This document shows, one piece after another, positions 57,726 to 64,000 of a DNA stretch of 64,000 nt. How positions within the stretch are numbered: the stretch's first letter is position 1; each line of letters opens with the position of its first letter. Source of the DNA: Solilutibacter pythonis. Lineage in GTDB: Bacteria > Pseudomonadota > Gammaproteobacteria > Xanthomonadales > Xanthomonadaceae. The notes beneath the pieces were generated by a model. The model ran no database searches, was not told where the DNA came from, and was given only the letters and a program-made list of their open reading frames with translations. Where the stretch lies: NCBI RefSeq assembly GCF_003697345.1, contig NZ_RFLY01000010.1, forward strand, positions 40,070 to 104,069, in the 5' to 3' direction. Position numbers and translations under genes: made by a program.

Positions 57726-58121
57726 TCAATCGTGGCTTTCCGGCGGTTCGTCGCCCACCGTCCACAGCCGCTCCAGCGCATAGAACTCGCGCACGCGCGG
57801 CAGCATGACATGGACGATCACATCACCCAGATCGACCAGTACCCATTCCGCCTCCCGTTCGCCCTCCACGCCCAGCGGCTGGTAATCGAGCTGCTTGGCG
57901 AAACGCACCACTTCGTCGGCGATCGACTTGACGTGCCGGGTCGAAGTGCCGCTGACCACCACCATGTAATCGCAGACGCTGCTCTTGCCGCGCACGTCCA
58001 GCTCGACAATCTCCTGCGCCTTGAGGTTGTTGACCGCTTCGTGCACGGTCTTGAGCAATACGTCGACCGGCGGCGGCGGGGTTGGCACGCTGGTCTTGAT
58101 GACTTGGGCTTGGTTGGTCAA
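57726..58121 (-). CDS. rsfS: ribosome silencing factor RsfS
   Basis: …EIVELDVRGKSSVCDYMVVVSGTSTRHVKSIADEVV…VLVDLGDVIVHVM… matches E. coli RsfS. The start is a tentative TTG with ggaaa upstream; the ORF track's longer ATG start is less likely. Confidence 0.75.
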   Translation of the reverse strand: MTNQAQVIKTSVPTPPPPVDVLLKTVHEAVNNLKAQEIVELDVRGKSSVCDYMVVVSGTSTRHVKSIADEVVRFAKQLDYQPLGVEGEREAEWVLVDLGDVIVHVMLPRVREFYALERLWTVGDEPPESHD

Positions 58122-58152
58122 GAAAGGGTTTCCTGTCGAAGTTGCGCGGATT

Positions 58153-58830
58153 CTAGCGCGGGCGGATGAACGAGGCGTCCCGGCCGGCGCCGTACAGACG
58201 GTGGCGGACGATGTAATCGGCAACCGCCGGCGGCACCCACTCGCGCCAGCGCGGGTCGTGTCCGGCGATGCGCCGGCGCAGCTCGCTGGAGGACTCCGGG
58301 CGCAACGGCAGGGCCAGCCGGTACAGCAGGCCCGTGGGCGTCCGCGCCAGTTCGCCGGCCGCGGCCGCCCAGCGCCCGGCCGCGAACGCCGCCAGTTCCG
58401 GCGGCAACGCGGCGGGATCGAAGCCGCTGCCGGGGCGTTCGGCGATCACCAGATGGGCGAAGCCGGCCAGTTCATACCAACGCCGCCAACCGGGCAGCGC
58501 GAGGAAACTGTCGGCGCCGACGAGTATCGCCAGCGGAGCATCGGTACCGAGCCCGGCACGCAATTCGATGAGGGTGTCGATGGTGTACGAAGGCCCTTCG
58601 CGGCGCAGTTCGCGCTCATCGACCGCCAGCCCCGGCTCGCCGGCGACGGCCAGCGCAAGCATCTCCCGGCGCCGCGCGGCATCGACGGCGGTCGGCCCCT
58701 TGTGCGGCGGATCGCCCGCCGGCATCAGCCAGACTCCGGCGGCCAGCGCATCGCGGGCCGCGCGCGCCACCGCCAGATGGCCTTCATGCACCGGGTCGAA
58801 ACTGCCGCCGTACTGGATGCGCAGGCTCAT
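58153..58830 (-). CDS. nadD: nicotinate-nucleotide adenylyltransferase
   Basis: …IQYGGSFDPVHEGHL… is the HxGH nucleotidyltransferase motif. Confidence 0.9.
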   Translation of the reverse strand: MSLRIQYGGSFDPVHEGHLAVARAARDALAAGVWLMPAGDPPHKGPTAVDAARRREMLALAVAGEPGLAVDERELRREGPSYTIDTLIELRAGLGTDAPLAILVGADSFLALPGWRRWYELAGFAHLVIAERPGSGFDPAALPPELAAFAAGRWAAAAGELARTPTGLLYRLALPLRPESSSELRRRIAGHDPRWREWVPPAVADYIVRHRLYGAGRDASFIRPR

Positions 58831-59858
58831 CGCGCCAGCAATTTCATCGCCCTGGGTTCGGCCACGGCCACCAAGAGCCGTTCCAGCGCCAGCCACGGGT
58901 CGCCTTGGGCGCGGCCCTTGGCGATGCGGTCGATACGCCCGACCTCGGCCAGGAACACCGGCCAGCGCGCGGCTTCGTGACGCTTCAGCGCGCGCAGATA
59001 CAGCGCCTGCTTGGCGTCCCAGATTCGCTGCGCCTTGAATTCGGCATTGAGGTTGCCGCCGCGCGCCTGCACTTGCGCCAGCCGCTCGCTGGTTTGCAGT
59101 TCGCGCACCACCATGCCGAGCAGGGCCGGCACCGCCTCGCCCTCGGCCCGCAGGCCGGCCAGCACGCGGGAGACCTGGGCCGGCTGGCCGTTCAAGGCCG
59201 CGTCGGTGAGGCGGAACACGTCGAAGCGGGCGGCATCGGCGACCAGCGACTGCATCGTCGCCACATCCAGCACGCGGCCCTCGGCCAGCAACGCCAGCTT
59301 GTCCACCTCCTGCGCGGCCGCCAGCAGATTGCCCTCGACACGCGCGGCCAGTTGCGCCACGGCTTCACGGTCGGCGCGCACGCCGTGGCTGCGTAACCGG
59401 CGCTCGACCCAATCGAGCAGTTCGTGCGGCTTCACCGCCCAGGCAATGGCGACGTGACCGACGCGGGCAACCGCCTCGCTCCACTTGCCGGCGTGGGCCT
59501 TGCTCCAATCGTTGGCGATGACGAGCAGCGTGATGCCGGCGGGCGGGTCGGCGCAAAAGCCGGCAATCACCGCAGCGCCTTCCTTGCCCGGCTTGCCGCT
59601 TGGCAGGCGCACTTCGATCAGGCGCTGGCTGCTGAACAGGCCCAGGCTGGCAAACGCCGTTTGCAGTTCGTTCCAATCGAAGTCGCGGCCGTCGGCATCG
59701 AACACCTCACGCTCGTCGCAGCCGGCGGCGCGGGCCTGGGCGCGGACGGCATCGGCGGCCTCCAGCACCCGCAGCGGCTCCACCCCGGCCACCAAATAGG
59801 CCGGGCGCAACGGCTCATGCGCGAGTTGGGCGACCAGGCGTTCGGTATTGAGTTCCAC
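58827..59858 (-). CDS. holA: DNA polymerase III delta subunit
   Basis: 343-aa protein in the conserved lptE-holA-nadD context. The stop overlaps the nadD start (ATGA). Confidence 0.85.
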   Translation of the reverse strand: MELNTERLVAQLAHEPLRPAYLVAGVEPLRVLEAADAVRAQARAAGCDEREVFDADGRDFDWNELQTAFASLGLFSSQRLIEVRLPSGKPGKEGAAVIAGFCADPPAGITLLVIANDWSKAHAGKWSEAVARVGHVAIAWAVKPHELLDWVERRLRSHGVRADREAVAQLAARVEGNLLAAAQEVDKLALLAEGRVLDVATMQSLVADAARFDVFRLTDAALNGQPAQVSRVLAGLRAEGEAVPALLGMVVRELQTSERLAQVQARGGNLNAEFKAQRIWDAKQALYLRALKRHEAARWPVFLAEVGRIDRIAKGRAQGDPWLALERLLVAVAEPRAMKLLAR

Positions 59859-59867
59859 CGCCGGGGA

Positions 59868-60404
59868 TCAGTGCTTCGGTTCGGTGGAGAAATCCTCGGG
59901 CGGCGGCTGCGGCGTCCGGGTGGCGACCGCGACCCGGCGCAGGATCGCCGTGGTCATCTCGCGGCGCATTTCCTTCGACAGCAGTTCGCGCTCGCTGGCC
60001 TTGCCGATGGCATCGGCGGCCGGGGCCACGTAGTCGCGCGAGAGTTCCACCGCCTGCTGCGGCACCACGTCCCTGCCGTTGCCATCGCGCAGGGCGAAGA
60101 TCACCGCATAGCGCAAGCTGAATTCCTGCGCGCGTCCGTACTGGTCGAGCGAATTGGGGGTATCGCCCCAGCGCTCGGAAACGATTTCCAGCCGCGCCAC
60201 GCCCTGGGTCTCGTCGGGGTCGGCCGGCGCCGTCGCCCCGGCGCGCGCCAGCGCCAACGCCAGCGACTCGGCCAGCGGGCTGTACGGGTCGGGCGAGACC
60301 ACCCGCACCGGGCCAAGGTCCATCGGCAAATCGAGCGGGCGGCGCAGGTGGAATCCGCAGCCGGCGAGGAACAGGACGAAGGTGGCGAGGACGAGTTTCT
60401 TCAT
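59868..60404 (-). CDS. lptE: LPS-assembly lipoprotein LptE
   Basis: MKKLVLATFVLFLAGCGFHLR… lipobox start. Position between leuS and holA. Confidence 0.85.
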   Translation of the reverse strand: MKKLVLATFVLFLAGCGFHLRRPLDLPMDLGPVRVVSPDPYSPLAESLALALARAGATAPADPDETQGVARLEIVSERWGDTPNSLDQYGRAQEFSLRYAVIFALRDGNGRDVVPQQAVELSRDYVAPAADAIGKASERELLSKEMRREMTTAILRRVAVATRTPQPPPEDFSTEPKH

Positions 60405-60476
60405 GCGCGAAGTCTGGACGATGCCGCGACCGCCGGCAATGGCGCAGGCTGAACGAAGGCCGGCGCCGCCGGTCGA

Positions 60477-63852
<3,376 letters not shown>

Positions 63853-63929
63853 CCGTTGCCTCCACGGTTGTAAAACGCCGCCTCTGGCATCATCTGAACG
63901 CTTGTTCCCGAACTTTCGAAACGGACGCC

Positions 63930-64000
63930 ATGATGACCGATTCCACGCCTCAAGCCGCCCTTGCGCACATCTTCGACGCCACCACCACCGGCTTCGAGAA
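63930..64000 (+). CDS. 5' end of an unidentified CDS (truncated by the window)
   Basis: ATG at 63930 gives MMTDSTPQAALAHIFDATTTGFE… running off the window. Confidence 0.3.
   Translation, partial: MMTDSTPQAALAHIFDATTTGFE

Overview
This is a 64-kb stretch of high-GC (about 68-70%) gammaproteobacterial chromosome. The gene order (frr-uppS-cdsA-dxr-rseP-bamA-lpxD-fabZ-lpxA-lpxB-rnhB-dnaE ... accA-tilS) is typical of the Xanthomonadales/Pseudomonas type. Most of the window is conserved housekeeping synteny: glnD-map on the minus strand; rpsB-tsf-pyrH-frr-uppS-cdsA-dxr-rseP-bamA-lpxD-fabZ-lpxA-lpxB-rnhB-dnaE; accA-tilS; xseB-ispA; pmbA/yjgA; tldD-yhdP-rng-maf; and rlmH-rsfS-nadD-holA-lptE-leuS. 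Three accessory insertions interrupt this backbone. (1) A 6.7-kb YadA-type trimeric autotransporter adhesin, followed by an OmpA/BamE-like lipoprotein and a secreted protein, sits between map and rpsB. (2) A single AIM24-family gene lies antisense between tsf and pyrH. (3) The most interesting feature is an 11-kb, seven-gene translationally coupled operon (29047-40044) inserted between dnaE and accA. It encodes a YjfI-like protein, a PspA/IM30-like coiled-coil protein, an NfeD/YqiJ-like membrane protein, a long flotillin (SPFH) protein, a 1760-aa protein with a single AAA+ (MoxR/dynein-like) module, a 212-aa helical protein and a TelA-like protein. This looks like an uncharacterised membrane-remodelling, envelope-stress or defence system. 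Other notable signals are ~88-bp tandem repeats at the 3' end of pmbA, long internal DNA repeats in the adhesin gene, and a Cys-flanked proline-rich loop insertion in BamA. No tRNA, rRNA, CRISPR array, transposase or integrase was recognised by eye.
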